A stretch of 64,000 bases of DNA from an uncultured bacterium (GCA_964619725.1 CAZUFC010000013.1:32001-96000); one strand, 5' to 3'; positions 1-10,332 are shown, counted from the stretch's first letter. Notes: generated from the letters alone by a model not told the origin. Made by a program: numbers and translations.

Positions 1-1
1 G

Positions 2-442
2 GAAACTTATGCCCAGGAAGGTCATCCGGACTTTTTTGATCCCAATTCAGTATTTTTTGTAGTTAGCGATCAGTTTGCCTTTGCCGCAGCAGTGGACGGC
101 ATTATGATCAGGGAAAAGCCTGCCACGAATTTTCTTTTGGGACTGTTCCGCGCTGAATCTCTGATTCTGGCCGAAACGGGAGCCATGACGGGAGCGATTC
201 AGATAGCCGGAACCGACGATACTTCGCAGCTTCCGTTTTTCATTACGGCATGCGACTATACTCTGATCGGAGAAGAACTTTACGCTGCATCTTCCTATTT
301 GTCAGGCGAACCGATTCTTCTGGGTACAATCAAGGCTCAGGATTACGGAAAATTAGTCATTCTGGCGGTTATGATTCTTGGAACTTTATTATCTCTTATC
401 TTCAACATGGACATTCAGAATTGGTTATTCACATACATATAA
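2..442 (+). CDS. 5'-truncated membrane protein, DUF6754-like C-terminal domain
   Basis: Frame is open from position 2 (ETYAQEGHPDFF...) to 442. Contains AESLILAETG..GAIQIAGT..QLPFF..CDYTLIGEELYAASSYLS and a C-terminal TM helix. Confidence 0.7.
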   Translation, partial: ETYAQEGHPDFFDPNSVFFVVSDQFAFAAAVDGIMIREKPATNFLLGLFRAESLILAETGAMTGAIQIAGTDDTSQLPFFITACDYTLIGEELYAASSYLSGEPILLGTIKAQDYGKLVILAVMILGTLLSLIFNMDIQNWLFTYI

Positions 443-463
443 CGATGGAGGATTTGTTCGATT

Positions 464-1126
464 ATGAAACGTAAATTACCTCTGGCGCTTGTTTTCATCC
501 TGGCGATATGGGGAATTCTGTCCTATTTCGTTTTTGAAAAGCATGTCCAGACTGCCGATGAATTATACAGAAATAAATTCCTGGTCATCATAGCGGCTTT
601 CGCCATTATACTGGGAATCGGCAGTCTGATTCAGTACCACATCAACAAAATTAAGCATAAGCAACGTTACTGGCCCTACAGCATCGTTACATTATTATCT
701 CTCGTCGTATCGTCGCTCATCGGAATCTTTGGGGGGCCCAGCGGTCAGGAAGGCTGGTTCAGTCCCGCGGTGGGTTCATTCCGGTTTGACATTCAGCAGT
801 TATATGAGGGCATCATTGTTCCTTGCGGCTCGACTATGTTTTCCCTGCTGGCGTTTTTTATGAGCAGCGCCGCATACAGGGCGTTCAGGGCTCGCAACAT
901 GCATGCAATCATGCTGCTGAGCGCAGCCTTCATCGTTATGATTGGTCAGATACCTCTCACAAACACGTGGATTCCCTGGGTCTTCGAAATAAGACAGTGG
1001 ATACTCGATGTTCCCAATCTCGCTGCCAAGAGGGGAATACTTATAGGCATAGGTTTGGGCAGCATCGCTACTTCACTTAAGATTATTCTCGGCATTGAAC
1101 GTTCCTGGTTAGGAGGTGGCGACTGA
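464..1126 (+). CDS. Uncharacterised multi-pass membrane protein (cluster gene 2)
   Basis: 220 aa with about 6 hydrophobic helices. GGAGG SD upstream; stop overlaps the next start. Confidence 0.75.
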   Translation: MKRKLPLALVFILAIWGILSYFVFEKHVQTADELYRNKFLVIIAAFAIILGIGSLIQYHINKIKHKQRYWPYSIVTLLSLVVSSLIGIFGGPSGQEGWFSPAVGSFRFDIQQLYEGIIVPCGSTMFSLLAFFMSSAAYRAFRARNMHAIMLLSAAFIVMIGQIPLTNTWIPWVFEIRQWILDVPNLAAKRGILIGIGLGSIATSLKIILGIERSWLGGGD

Positions 1127-2001
1127 TGCACTGGTCAGAAAAGCTGATACAAATAGATCGACGAATTATTTTCCTCATAGTGGCGATTGTGATGATCATT
1201 CCCATTATTTTTCCTTTTGGGATGCCGATAAGGGTTTCCAGGCCCACTCAACAGCTTTACGACGCTGTGGAGGAGTCGGCGGCGGACGGCAACAGAGTCG
1301 TTATGATATCCGCTGATCTTGATCCCAAGGATCAGCCTGAGCTTTACCCGATGCTTGTTTCGGTTATGAGGCATTGTTTTCACAGGAATATCCGTGTTCT
1401 TATACTGTGTTTGTACGCACCGAGTCTGGGGTTGGCGGAACAGGCTATTCAGCAGGTTACGGCAGAGTTTAAAGAATCGGGAAACGACAAAGTGAACGGC
1501 GAAGATTACGTTTTCCTGGGTTGGAAGCCTCCGCCTATCATCCCGTTGCTCGGTATGGGCGAGGATATACGTCAGGTTTTCCCCAGGGATTTTTATGGCG
1601 TTCCCATTTACGACCGACCCATGATGAACAACATACGTAATTACCAGGATGTCGATATTTGCGTGGCCCTTTCCGGAGGCAGTCCGCCCCTATGGTATGT
1701 GGCTTATGCTCAGGTCAGGTTCGACCTGAGAGTCGGGGCCGGCTTTACGGCTGTTTCCGCTGCAGATATGTACCCCTACTTGCATTCAGGACAGTTCAGC
1801 GGGCTGCTCGAAGGCATGAAAGGCGCCGCTGAATACGAAGCGATGGTGCAATCCGCCTTTAAAGACGAAAACAGAAGGTTGGCTACTGAAGGCATGAGCT
1901 CACAATCGTTATCTCATCTCAGTATCATTGTCTTCATCATTATCGGCAATATCGGATACTTCACTCAACGAGCCTTGTCGAAAAGGAGGATTACATCGTG
2001 A
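1126..2001 (+). CDS. Uncharacterised membrane-anchored protein (cluster gene 3)
   Basis: 291 aa with N- and C-terminal TM segments and a soluble middle ending in G..G.KGAAEYE. Translationally coupled (TGATG). Confidence 0.75.
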   Translation: MHWSEKLIQIDRRIIFLIVAIVMIIPIIFPFGMPIRVSRPTQQLYDAVEESAADGNRVVMISADLDPKDQPELYPMLVSVMRHCFHRNIRVLILCLYAPSLGLAEQAIQQVTAEFKESGNDKVNGEDYVFLGWKPPPIIPLLGMGEDIRQVFPRDFYGVPIYDRPMMNNIRNYQDVDICVALSGGSPPLWYVAYAQVRFDLRVGAGFTAVSAADMYPYLHSGQFSGLLEGMKGAAEYEAMVQSAFKDENRRLATEGMSSQSLSHLSIIVFIIIGNIGYFTQRALSKRRITS

Positions 2002-2684
2002 GCATATCTCCTGAATTTTGGATTTGGATACAGGCTTTACTGACGCTGTTTATCTTTTCGTTTCTTTATAAGGATAATCCGTTTTACCGGTTCGCCGAGC
2101 ATCTGTTCATTGGCGTTTCCAACGGGTACTTCATTACGTTGATATTTTACAACGTCGTCGTTCCCATGCTTTACGATCCCATTCGCATGGGATTCCAGCA
2201 ACTGGCGGAAGAGGGATTATCCTGGCAACTGTTCAATCCCATAAACGAAGCCAATTTTTTCGTGATAATACCGATTCTCATCGGAAGCCTCTATATCACC
2301 CGATTCATTCCGAAAATCTCCTGGATGATTCGCATACCCATCGGCGCCACTATGGGATACTCCGTCGCCATCGCCATTCCGGCGCTGCTGGAAGCTTCGA
2401 TACTCAAACAATTGAAATCTTCAATCCTGACGCAGGCGGACATGACGGGTTTCTGGCCCAGCGTAAGTTTGATTCTTACGCTGCTCGGTACCCTCGCCAC
2501 GCTGGTCTACTTCTTCTTTTCCAAAGAACATAAAGGCGCATTAAAAATAACTTCGCAGATCGGAATCGCTTTCGTGATGGTCGCTTTCGGCGCCTCTTTC
2601 GGTTTAACCGTCCTGGGTCGTGTGGCCCTGGCCATCGGCCGTTTCGTGTTCCTGTTCAAAGACTGGCTGGGCATGTCCCTTTAA
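1998..2684 (+). CDS. Uncharacterised multi-pass membrane protein (cluster gene 4)
   Basis: 228 aa hydrophobic ORF with SFLYKDNPFYRFAEHLFIG and M.AFGASFG..V.GR motifs. GTGA overlap with the previous gene. Confidence 0.75.
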   Translation: MSISPEFWIWIQALLTLFIFSFLYKDNPFYRFAEHLFIGVSNGYFITLIFYNVVVPMLYDPIRMGFQQLAEEGLSWQLFNPINEANFFVIIPILIGSLYITRFIPKISWMIRIPIGATMGYSVAIAIPALLEASILKQLKSSILTQADMTGFWPSVSLILTLLGTLATLVYFFFSKEHKGALKITSQIGIAFVMVAFGASFGLTVLGRVALAIGRFVFLFKDWLGMSL

Positions 2685-2730
2685 CGGAATACCCGGTTCC
2701 GACAGAGAGTTGAAATGAATTAACATAGCC

Positions 2731-2797
2731 TGTTCTGTGCCGTTGTCCGGTTAGTCTCGCCGTGTGCCGGACGACGGCGCAGAATATCTTTCCTTTA
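2731..2797 (+). terminator. Putative intrinsic terminator
   Basis: 20-bp stem (2731-2750 with 2767-2786, 3 G-U pairs) followed by a pyrimidine-rich tract. Confidence 0.6.
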
Positions 2798-2833
2798 TTC
2801 TTTGAAGTGCGATTACATTTCGACCGCTTTATC

Positions 2834-2863
2834 TTGACATTGCTTGACCGGCGCTGTTAAATT
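2834..2863 (+). promoter_or_regulatory. Putative sigma70 promoter
   Basis: TTGACA, 17-18 nt, then TTAAAT/TAAATT, upstream of the 3008 operon. Confidence 0.4.
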
Positions 2864-3007
2864 CTTTCCCTGATTTGTCGGGTTGCGTCTTTACGTCCCG
2901 GAATCTTATCAGGATGATTTGAAATCTGAAACGAACGCTGTAGCTAATTTCCCTGGCAATATCGCCGGCTTGGGCTTTCTCAGTCAAGCCTGAAAAGGAA
3001 CCTTAAA

Positions 3008-4399
3008 ATGAAGAATACAATCAAATGGATCATCAAATTTTTTGTGACGCTGGCATTATTTTTCATGATTTTCACCGAACTGGGAGAACGTTATGTCCAG
3101 ACGCCCAGGAATTCCTGGAAAACAGGAGCGAGTGAGGATTTATTTTATGAACGCGGCAAACGTTTTCTGGGTTTCATCAGGGGACAGCCTGCCGCTGAAC
3201 CTTCCGATCTTGAAGACGCCTGCTCCCTGGATATGAAAAAAGTAAAACTCATTAAAACCAAGGAGGCGGGTCTGAAACCGATAGATTTGGACTTGCACTG
3301 CCATGAAGGTTTTTTTTCGCAGGTATTCGTCAAGTCGGGAAAAGGTTACGCGCTCACGCCGTTGGAGAATGTGCCGCCCGAAGAGCCCATATACATCAAG
3401 ACGAAAGGCTGGTGGCGAATTGCGCCTATCAAGCCGAAGGACTTATGGGATGAGATACGCAATTTAAATACAGGCGTTTTTTGGTTCTGGATATTTTTCG
3501 CTACAGTGATGAAAACCCTGGGCATTTTTTCCAGTTTGGGGCGCTGGTTTGTTTTATTGCGGGGACAGGGAATACGATTGCCCTTACGTTATCTGGCGGG
3601 AACATTTTTCGTGGGCCGTTTTTTCGGAATGTTTTTACCGAGTACCCTGGGTTTGGACGGATACAGGCTTTATGATTCCATTCGACAGACCAAGCGCGCC
3701 ATAGAATGCACCGCCGTCATTGCTGTGGAAAAACTGATCGGATTCGTCGCTTTATTCGGGCTCGTATTCCTGACGCTGCCCCTGGGCACCCGCCTGATCG
3801 ACATACAAAAACCGATTATCCTGGTAGTGATGCTTTTTATTCTCGCATGTTTCATCGGATTCGTCTTCATGCTGCTTTTCGTTCCCCAGACCGCAAAATT
3901 CATCGTCAGAATTCTTCCGATACCTTTTAAAAGCAAAATTTCCGGGAAAATTGATGAAGTCGTCAAGTCGACGACTATTTATTCCGATAAAAAACCGCTG
4001 TTGTGGAAGGCGATAGGTTTAGGCTTCTGCGTCCATCTGGGTACCATAATGATGTATTTTGGAACCATGAGGGCCGTTATGGCCGCGGACGTAGATATGT
4101 TTGATATCTTTTTTACGAGTCCTCTGATGATAACCGGAACAGTTTTCGGTCCTACTATCGGGGGAGAGGGAATAAGGGAACTTGTTTTCACTTATTTGCT
4201 GGGGCCTGTTGCAGGCGCGGCCAAGGCTTTTCTGATCGGTCACCTCGGATTCTGGATCGGCGAATTTCTACTGAGCATACCCGGCGGCATAGTTTATCTG
4301 TCAAGACCCGCGGGATATAAGGTTAAACTGACCTCTGACGATATCAGAAAACTGACTGATCAGAAAAACATTGACCCTATAGAACTTGAGAAGGAGTAA
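3008..4399 (+). CDS. Flippase-like / lysylphosphatidylglycerol-synthase TM domain protein (UPF0104 type) with a soluble N-terminal insertion
   Basis: RW..LL...G, F.G.FFG.FLP...G.DG.R.Y, EKL.G and GGEGIRE motifs. About 120 soluble aa follow TM1. Confidence 0.75.
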   Translation: MKNTIKWIIKFFVTLALFFMIFTELGERYVQTPRNSWKTGASEDLFYERGKRFLGFIRGQPAAEPSDLEDACSLDMKKVKLIKTKEAGLKPIDLDLHCHEGFFSQVFVKSGKGYALTPLENVPPEEPIYIKTKGWWRIAPIKPKDLWDEIRNLNTGVFWFWIFFATVMKTLGIFSSLGRWFVLLRGQGIRLPLRYLAGTFFVGRFFGMFLPSTLGLDGYRLYDSIRQTKRAIECTAVIAVEKLIGFVALFGLVFLTLPLGTRLIDIQKPIILVVMLFILACFIGFVFMLLFVPQTAKFIVRILPIPFKSKISGKIDEVVKSTTIYSDKKPLLWKAIGLGFCVHLGTIMMYFGTMRAVMAADVDMFDIFFTSPLMITGTVFGPTIGGEGIRELVFTYLLGPVAGAAKAFLIGHLGFWIGEFLLSIPGGIVYLSRPAGYKVKLTSDDIRKLTDQKNIDPIELEKE

Positions 4400-4401
4400 A
4401 A

Positions 4402-6330
4402 ATGGAATCGAAAGGCTTTGATTTTTCAAGGCAGTTTTTCATTAGAGCAAAGACGGGATTGTTAAGCGGTTTATGTGCCGGCGCGCTTATGGGGTTGATT
4501 GAAGGCGCCTGGGTTTTTACGATCAACTGGGGAACCGTGAAACCTTATATTTTACCTTACGGCGCTGTTCTTTACGGGATCATAGGATTATTCGCGGGAT
4601 TGGGAGCGGGAATCGCCCTGGGTGTAATCGCGGTTATTCTGAAAAGGACTACCTTGCCTGCGAACAGTTACGCTTTTATCGGAAGCGCTTATTTCTGGGG
4701 ATTGTTTTTTATTTTATCGCGGTTCAGGATTTTCAGAGACGTCATGAAAGAACATGCTTTGCCGTTGTGGCTGCAAATGGGTTTGTTCGCCGGAAGTCTC
4801 GTTTTATTCCTTTTATCCTTCGTGCTGCTCAGGCTCATTCTGCGAAAAGGGATTTTTCAGCATCTAACGAAAATCTCCGGCAGCGCTGCGTTGTTCATTA
4901 TTTTGGCGGCGCTGAGTTTCTTTGTTGGAAGCATACTCAATCCCGTCGAACAGGAATACGCGGATACCCAGCTTGGCCTCAGTCCCGAAATGAAGGACAA
5001 ACCGAATATTTTCTATGTGGTGGTGGATACGTTGCGGGCTGATTATGTTACGGCCTATGGATATAGAAAGGCGTTTACGCCTAATCTGGACAAGTTTGCA
5101 GAGGATGCCGTCCTATTTGAGAAGAATATCGTTCAGTCTTCCTGGACTCGACCTTCCGTCGCCTCTCTGCTGACATCTCTTTATCCGTCGTCGCATCAGG
5201 CTTTCAGAAAACCGGACGTTTTGTCGGATGAAGTGCATTCCATAGCCGAAGTTTTAACCGATGCGGGATGGGTGACGTCAGGCATAGCGAACAACATAAA
5301 CATCTCGCCGGGCTTTAATTTCCACCAGGGATTCACCGATTACATATATCTGTCTCCCGACTATTATTTTTTCGCTGACTCAGGCGGCTCAACTCTGGCC
5401 TTTTATCAAATATTAAGGAGAATAAAGGAAAGATTCCTGGGCTCCAAAAAATACGTGAATCACTACTATCAGGATGCGGACGTCGTAAACGAAACATTCT
5501 TCGATTGGATCGACAAACGGGGCATAGACCGAAAATTCTTTGCTTTTATTCATTATATGGACCCTCATGATCCTTATTTCGTGCATCCTTATAACGGAGT
5601 CGGATATGCCAGGGTCAGCATGCCTGACCCGGACCCGGATATGGCGGATGAGATGATTAAGGCTTACCGGCAGGAAGTGGAATTTTTCGACGAAAAATTC
5701 GGCGACTTTATTGACCGTTTAAAGCGTATGAATTTATACGAAGATGCCGTCATCATTCTTACCGCTGACCACGGGGAAGAATTTTACGAACACGGCGGAT
5801 GGTGGCACGGGACCACTTTATACGAAGAGCAGATTCATGTGCCTTTGATAGTCAAGTTGCCCTCGAACAGAGCAGCCGGGACATCCGTAAAGCGTATGAT
5901 ACGGAGCATAGATATACCTTCCATGATCCTTGGTGAAGTAGGCATTGAGCAACCGGATTCATGGCAGGGAATACCCTTTCCCGTTCCTCCTCCAGAAGAA
6001 GAATTGGCGGAAAAAGTTCCCATGGTTTTTTCAGAAGAAGATTTTGAAGGCAATGTTCTCGCTTCGCTCAGGACGGAAACATGGAAACTTATTAAAGCGA
6101 ATCCCGGCAATCCCCGGGGGCTTCCGACTGAGGAATTGTTCAATTTGGAGGAAGACCCATTGGAAAAGAAAAATTTAAGAGACCAGGAAATCGTGTGGCT
6201 GAAGAAATTGGGCTATCATATGGGCGAAGCCTTGCAGGAAGCAGCAGCGTCGCGAGTGGAGAGGAGCACCGCCGATCTGGATGAAGACACCATTCAGCGT
6301 TTGAAAAAATTGGGATATGTTGAAGAATGA
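4402..6330 (+). CDS. Membrane-anchored sulfatase-like hydrolase/transferase (alkaline phosphatase superfamily)
   Basis: 5 N-terminal TMs. Motifs KPNIFYVVVDTLRAD, SSWTRPS, HYMDPHDPY, TADHGEEF.EHG..HG.TLYEEQIHVPLI; C-terminal RLKKLGY. Confidence 0.85.
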   Translation: MESKGFDFSRQFFIRAKTGLLSGLCAGALMGLIEGAWVFTINWGTVKPYILPYGAVLYGIIGLFAGLGAGIALGVIAVILKRTTLPANSYAFIGSAYFWGLFFILSRFRIFRDVMKEHALPLWLQMGLFAGSLVLFLLSFVLLRLILRKGIFQHLTKISGSAALFIILAALSFFVGSILNPVEQEYADTQLGLSPEMKDKPNIFYVVVDTLRADYVTAYGYRKAFTPNLDKFAEDAVLFEKNIVQSSWTRPSVASLLTSLYPSSHQAFRKPDVLSDEVHSIAEVLTDAGWVTSGIANNINISPGFNFHQGFTDYIYLSPDYYFFADSGGSTLAFYQILRRIKERFLGSKKYVNHYYQDADVVNETFFDWIDKRGIDRKFFAFIHYMDPHDPYFVHPYNGVGYARVSMPDPDPDMADEMIKAYRQEVEFFDEKFGDFIDRLKRMNLYEDAVIILTADHGEEFYEHGGWWHGTTLYEEQIHVPLIVKLPSNRAAGTSVKRMIRSIDIPSMILGEVGIEQPDSWQGIPFPVPPPEEELAEKVPMVFSEEDFEGNVLASLRTETWKLIKANPGNPRGLPTEELFNLEEDPLEKKNLRDQEIVWLKKLGYHMGEALQEAAASRVERSTADLDEDTIQRLKKLGYVEE

Positions 6331-6364
6331 TAACTTGATGCGAACTTTTTTGTTTTGAGTCATT

Positions 6365-8092
6365 ATGTCTGAATCCAAAGGTCTGACCCGTCTGCTTATC
6401 ATCGGTCTGGACGGCGCGGACTACAATATCGTACGACAATTCATGCGGGAAGGCGATCTGCCCAATCTTGCCGGTGTGGCGCAAGAAGGTGTTTTCGGCA
6501 AATTGCGCTCCACCTTGCCTCCCTTTACATTCCCGGCCTGGTCGTCTTTCCTGACAGGATGCAATCCCGGAAAACATGGAATTTTCGATTTTACCAGACG
6601 GATTCTTTCTACCTACAAAGTGAAATTTGTAAATTCTCACTCAAGATGCAGACCCTCCGTCTTCAAAATTCTCGATCAGGCTAACTGTCGTTCCGGCGTT
6701 ATGGGAATACCTACGACCTATCCCCCTGAAAAAATTAAGGGCTTTATGATCAGCGGTTTCGACGCGCCGGTTACTGTCGGCGTCGATAAGTCTTTCATGC
6801 AGCCTCCGCAGCTTTACCGGGAGATCAGAGATAATGTCGGCGAATTCGTTATCACGGAATTTCAGGAGTTGAGAAAAGGGAACAGGTGGCATGAAACAGC
6901 GTTGAACAGTCTCTTGAATACCGCTGAACGGCGCCGAAGAATCGCTGAATTCCTCCTTAAAAAAGGAGACTATGATTGTTTCATGGTTCTTTTCGGCGAA
7001 ACGGATACTGCCGGGCACCATTTCTGGGCTTTCCACGATCAGAATTCTCCCAGACACATTCCCGCAGATTCGGAAAATATAAAAATTGCCTTAAGACTCG
7101 TTTACAGGGCTGCAGATCGCGCCGTCGGAAACCTTATGGCTCTATGCGGCGAAAATACCGATTTGATGATCCTTTCTGATCATGGAATGGGAGGATCGAG
7201 CGACCAGGTTATCTATCTGAATCGGCTGCTCGCTCAGTGGGGCTACTTGAAATTTGCACCGAAAAAATTCAGTTCTTCTGTGATCGGCAAAGCAAAAAAT
7301 ATCGCATTGGATATTCTTCCGGCACATGTTCAGGAAATGGTTTTCAGAAAGGGAAAAGGTAAAATCGCAAATTGGGTCGAATCCGCAGTCCGCTTCCAGG
7401 GCATCAAGTGGAATCAGACAAGAGCCTTCTCCGAAGAGATGAACTCTTTGCCGTCAATATGGCTGCACGTTCAGGGCAGGGACCCCCTAGGTATCGTTAA
7501 GCAGGGAAAACAATACGAATCGTTAAGGTCGGAGCTCATTGGAAAACTGGAATCCTGGATGAATCCTTTCACTGGAAATAAAGTTTTTAAACATGTCCAT
7601 AAACGGGAGGATATCTATTCCGGAGAATGTCTTAAATTCGCCCCCGATTTGATCCTGGAGCCGGAATTATGCGGAAATTACGCCTATAATTTTCAGCATT
7701 CAAGCAAATCTCCCCCAGGCCATACCGCGCCCATAAGAAAATTGAATACGCATGAATTTGCGGGGTGTAAGGGCGAAACCATGAACGGAACTCATAGACC
7801 CGACGGCATCTTTTTCGCCCGCGGGCCCTCTTTCAAAAAGAATTACAAACTTACGGGCGCTTCGATTAAAGATATAACACCTACGATCTTGCAGTTGCTT
7901 CATGTGAACGCTGATTTGAAAATGGACGGCAGTTCGTTGCAACGGGCGCTGAATCAGAAAACTCAGCGGGTCGATGGCCGGTATTTTTCTGAAAGCCCGT
8001 CAGCCGAATATCAGGAAAATAAGAAAACGGAATTGACCGAGGAAGAAGAAAAAATTTTAAAAGAGCGACTGGAGAATCTGGGATATTTGTAG
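6365..8092 (+). CDS. Alkaline phosphatase family phosphodiesterase / nucleotide pyrophosphatase-like protein
   Basis: IIGLDGA, LRSTLPPFTFPAW..F.TG.NPGKHG.FDF, D.AGH.FW, SDHG, GTHRPDG; C-terminal RLENLGY. Confidence 0.85.
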   Translation: MSESKGLTRLLIIGLDGADYNIVRQFMREGDLPNLAGVAQEGVFGKLRSTLPPFTFPAWSSFLTGCNPGKHGIFDFTRRILSTYKVKFVNSHSRCRPSVFKILDQANCRSGVMGIPTTYPPEKIKGFMISGFDAPVTVGVDKSFMQPPQLYREIRDNVGEFVITEFQELRKGNRWHETALNSLLNTAERRRRIAEFLLKKGDYDCFMVLFGETDTAGHHFWAFHDQNSPRHIPADSENIKIALRLVYRAADRAVGNLMALCGENTDLMILSDHGMGGSSDQVIYLNRLLAQWGYLKFAPKKFSSSVIGKAKNIALDILPAHVQEMVFRKGKGKIANWVESAVRFQGIKWNQTRAFSEEMNSLPSIWLHVQGRDPLGIVKQGKQYESLRSELIGKLESWMNPFTGNKVFKHVHKREDIYSGECLKFAPDLILEPELCGNYAYNFQHSSKSPPGHTAPIRKLNTHEFAGCKGETMNGTHRPDGIFFARGPSFKKNYKLTGASIKDITPTILQLLHVNADLKMDGSSLQRALNQKTQRVDGRYFSESPSAEYQENKKTELTEEEEKILKERLENLGYL

Positions 8093-8148
8093 GATTATGA
8101 GGATTTGTATGAAGCATTTAAATTCAGCGCTGATCGAAGAAGGAGAAA

Positions 8149-10332
8149 ATGATTATGTTCATTAGAAAAGCCAGCTTTATCCTTTACTTAATATGGTGTT
8201 TTGCAGCCCCTGCTTCCTTGCGTTCTGCTGATTGTACGGATGAAGGAACCGAAGGCGGGCCTGAAATTGTTTCTTTCCCTTATTCCTTAACGGAAGCGGA
8301 GTCAAAGCCGACATTTTTCGCACAGGACCCCGGCGGCTGGTTCTGGCTCGGATATCAAAACGATAATTTTCTGTCTGTTTTTGACGGTCGGGAACATTTT
8401 TTTAGTCTTCCAGGTCCCGACAGTCAGGAACTCGGCTGCGTTAAGGACTTGATGTTCGACTTTTTCGAAAAACGCATCTTGCTGGCTACGGAAAAGGGTC
8501 TATGGGTAAAAGAATTCGAAAAACAAAATTGGGCGGGACCGTTCGGCTCCGAAGCATCGGAAGTTCATGAATTCACGTCGATAGCGATTTCTCAAGACGG
8601 CGCACTGTTTGCTGTGAATCCTCATGAGGGTTTATTCTCGGCCGGCCCCGGTCAATTGGAAAACTGGAATCTGGTGAATGGAATCCAAGGCATTAACGCT
8701 ATTCACATCGATAATGAAAATCATGTCTGGCTGGGACTCCAATCCGGCGCTCTGTTGATGAGGAGGCCGGATACCGACGCTCTGCAAGCGTTCTTTACGG
8801 TCGCCGAATTGCCCTCTGTTTCATCTATCGTTACGAATAATGACGGGCGAATCGTCGCCGGAACGGATAAAGGCTGTTTTATCATCAAAGAAAAGGACAA
8901 TGATTACACTATTGATCCCATTGTCGAGATACCATCAAAACCTGTTGTGCAATGTCAGGCGCAGGACGGCATACTCTGGGTTCTGTTTAAGGACTCGACC
9001 CTGGGTTGTTTTTCTTATAAACAAAAGAGCTACTTCGCTTTTAATAAACAGGAATTCCTGGGCGAAGGCGGCGATGTCCGATATATTTTCTTTGATGATC
9101 ATAAAAGAATCTGGTTATTGAGGGATGAGTTGATCAGCCGAATCGATTTGCAACCCGAAAAGAACAGCACAACGGATTACGTCGACAGCGAGAACGCCAT
9201 GGTCTGCCTGACCCCTGATTCCACGGAACTGCATAATTTTGCGGAAACAGCGCTTCCTCGCTCCTACCATGGAAAACTTCTTTGGCATTGCCTGGAAATT
9301 AAAAGCGATACTGGAATAGAGGACTTCGAGTCTTCGGTCATTTTAAAGCGGGATTTGTTCAATAACGTTACTTTGCGTTTAAAAACGGATGCTGATCGCC
9401 TGATGGTTTCATCACGCACCTATTCTCAGGGAGAAATCCAGAAAAAGGAAAGGCTTCGATTGAGCGCCAAATACCCGTTTCCGGACGATTATCATTTCAA
9501 TGTTAAGCCTTTTGCCCAATATGATGAAAGTTCCTTATCGTCCGAGCGCCTGCTGAACGCAATATCTCCCTATATCAAGGAATCATCGAAAAACAACAAT
9601 CTGAAAGTCGTGCAGGACCTGATCTATTCGGAAATTTTTTCTCGAAAAGACGGTTTGCAGATTGTGGAACACTGCTTCGATGCGACTACGGCAAAAGGAC
9701 CGGAAAAAAGAACCCGGATAGCCGCTCAGTGTCTCAGAGTTCTCGGTATTCCGGTGAGATTGGTCGCTCAGTCAATGGAGCATTTTTTGGGAGAAGTATG
9801 GATTTCTCAGGTCGGTTGGATTCCTTTCGATGTTTCTGATATTCCTGAAAAATTCTGGTCGAAAAAGCGGATTTCTTTCCCCTTGTTCACAAATGAAACT
9901 CATTTCTACAACTATAAACGTGGAGTGAACGATGAGATGACGGTGATTTTCCGTAATGACCGCGGTGATGCGACATTTGAAACCAAAAAGGAGGGATTCT
10001 CTGCGGAGAATATGAAAAAAACTCTGATATTGTTTAAACCTGCAGAAACAGAGAATATACCCGCCGAAGCGCGTTTGCCGCTTGTGTTTAACATTACTGC
10101 CGCTCTTTTCGATACTGAACACGGTTACAGTCTCAATATCTATGATCAACTCGGAAACGCCATTTTTAAAATCCCCGTCAAAAATTTCGGCGTTCCCCAG
10201 GTACTGAACATAGTAAAGTTTTTCTCGATAGAATTCGTCGCTTATAAGATAGACGAATATGTCGTTTTAAACGTAACAGAATGGATTCCCGCTGAAGTTA
10301 ATCCTCTGGAAAGTCTCATACGCGACAGATAG
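8149..10332 (+). CDS. Secreted beta-propeller protein with a transglutaminase-like domain
   Basis: Signal peptide. Repeats of the D..G..W.G type (D..G.FWLG, ILLATEKGL, VWLG, IVAGTDKG). C-terminal LRVLGIPVR..H..EVW...GW.PFD. Confidence 0.6.
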   Translation: MIMFIRKASFILYLIWCFAAPASLRSADCTDEGTEGGPEIVSFPYSLTEAESKPTFFAQDPGGWFWLGYQNDNFLSVFDGREHFFSLPGPDSQELGCVKDLMFDFFEKRILLATEKGLWVKEFEKQNWAGPFGSEASEVHEFTSIAISQDGALFAVNPHEGLFSAGPGQLENWNLVNGIQGINAIHIDNENHVWLGLQSGALLMRRPDTDALQAFFTVAELPSVSSIVTNNDGRIVAGTDKGCFIIKEKDNDYTIDPIVEIPSKPVVQCQAQDGILWVLFKDSTLGCFSYKQKSYFAFNKQEFLGEGGDVRYIFFDDHKRIWLLRDELISRIDLQPEKNSTTDYVDSENAMVCLTPDSTELHNFAETALPRSYHGKLLWHCLEIKSDTGIEDFESSVILKRDLFNNVTLRLKTDADRLMVSSRTYSQGEIQKKERLRLSAKYPFPDDYHFNVKPFAQYDESSLSSERLLNAISPYIKESSKNNNLKVVQDLIYSEIFSRKDGLQIVEHCFDATTAKGPEKRTRIAAQCLRVLGIPVRLVAQSMEHFLGEVWISQVGWIPFDVSDIPEKFWSKKRISFPLFTNETHFYNYKRGVNDEMTVIFRNDRGDATFETKKEGFSAENMKKTLILFKPAETENIPAEARLPLVFNITAALFDTEHGYSLNIYDQLGNAIFKIPVKNFGVPQVLNIVKFFSIEFVAYKIDEYVVLNVTEWIPAEVNPLESLIRDR

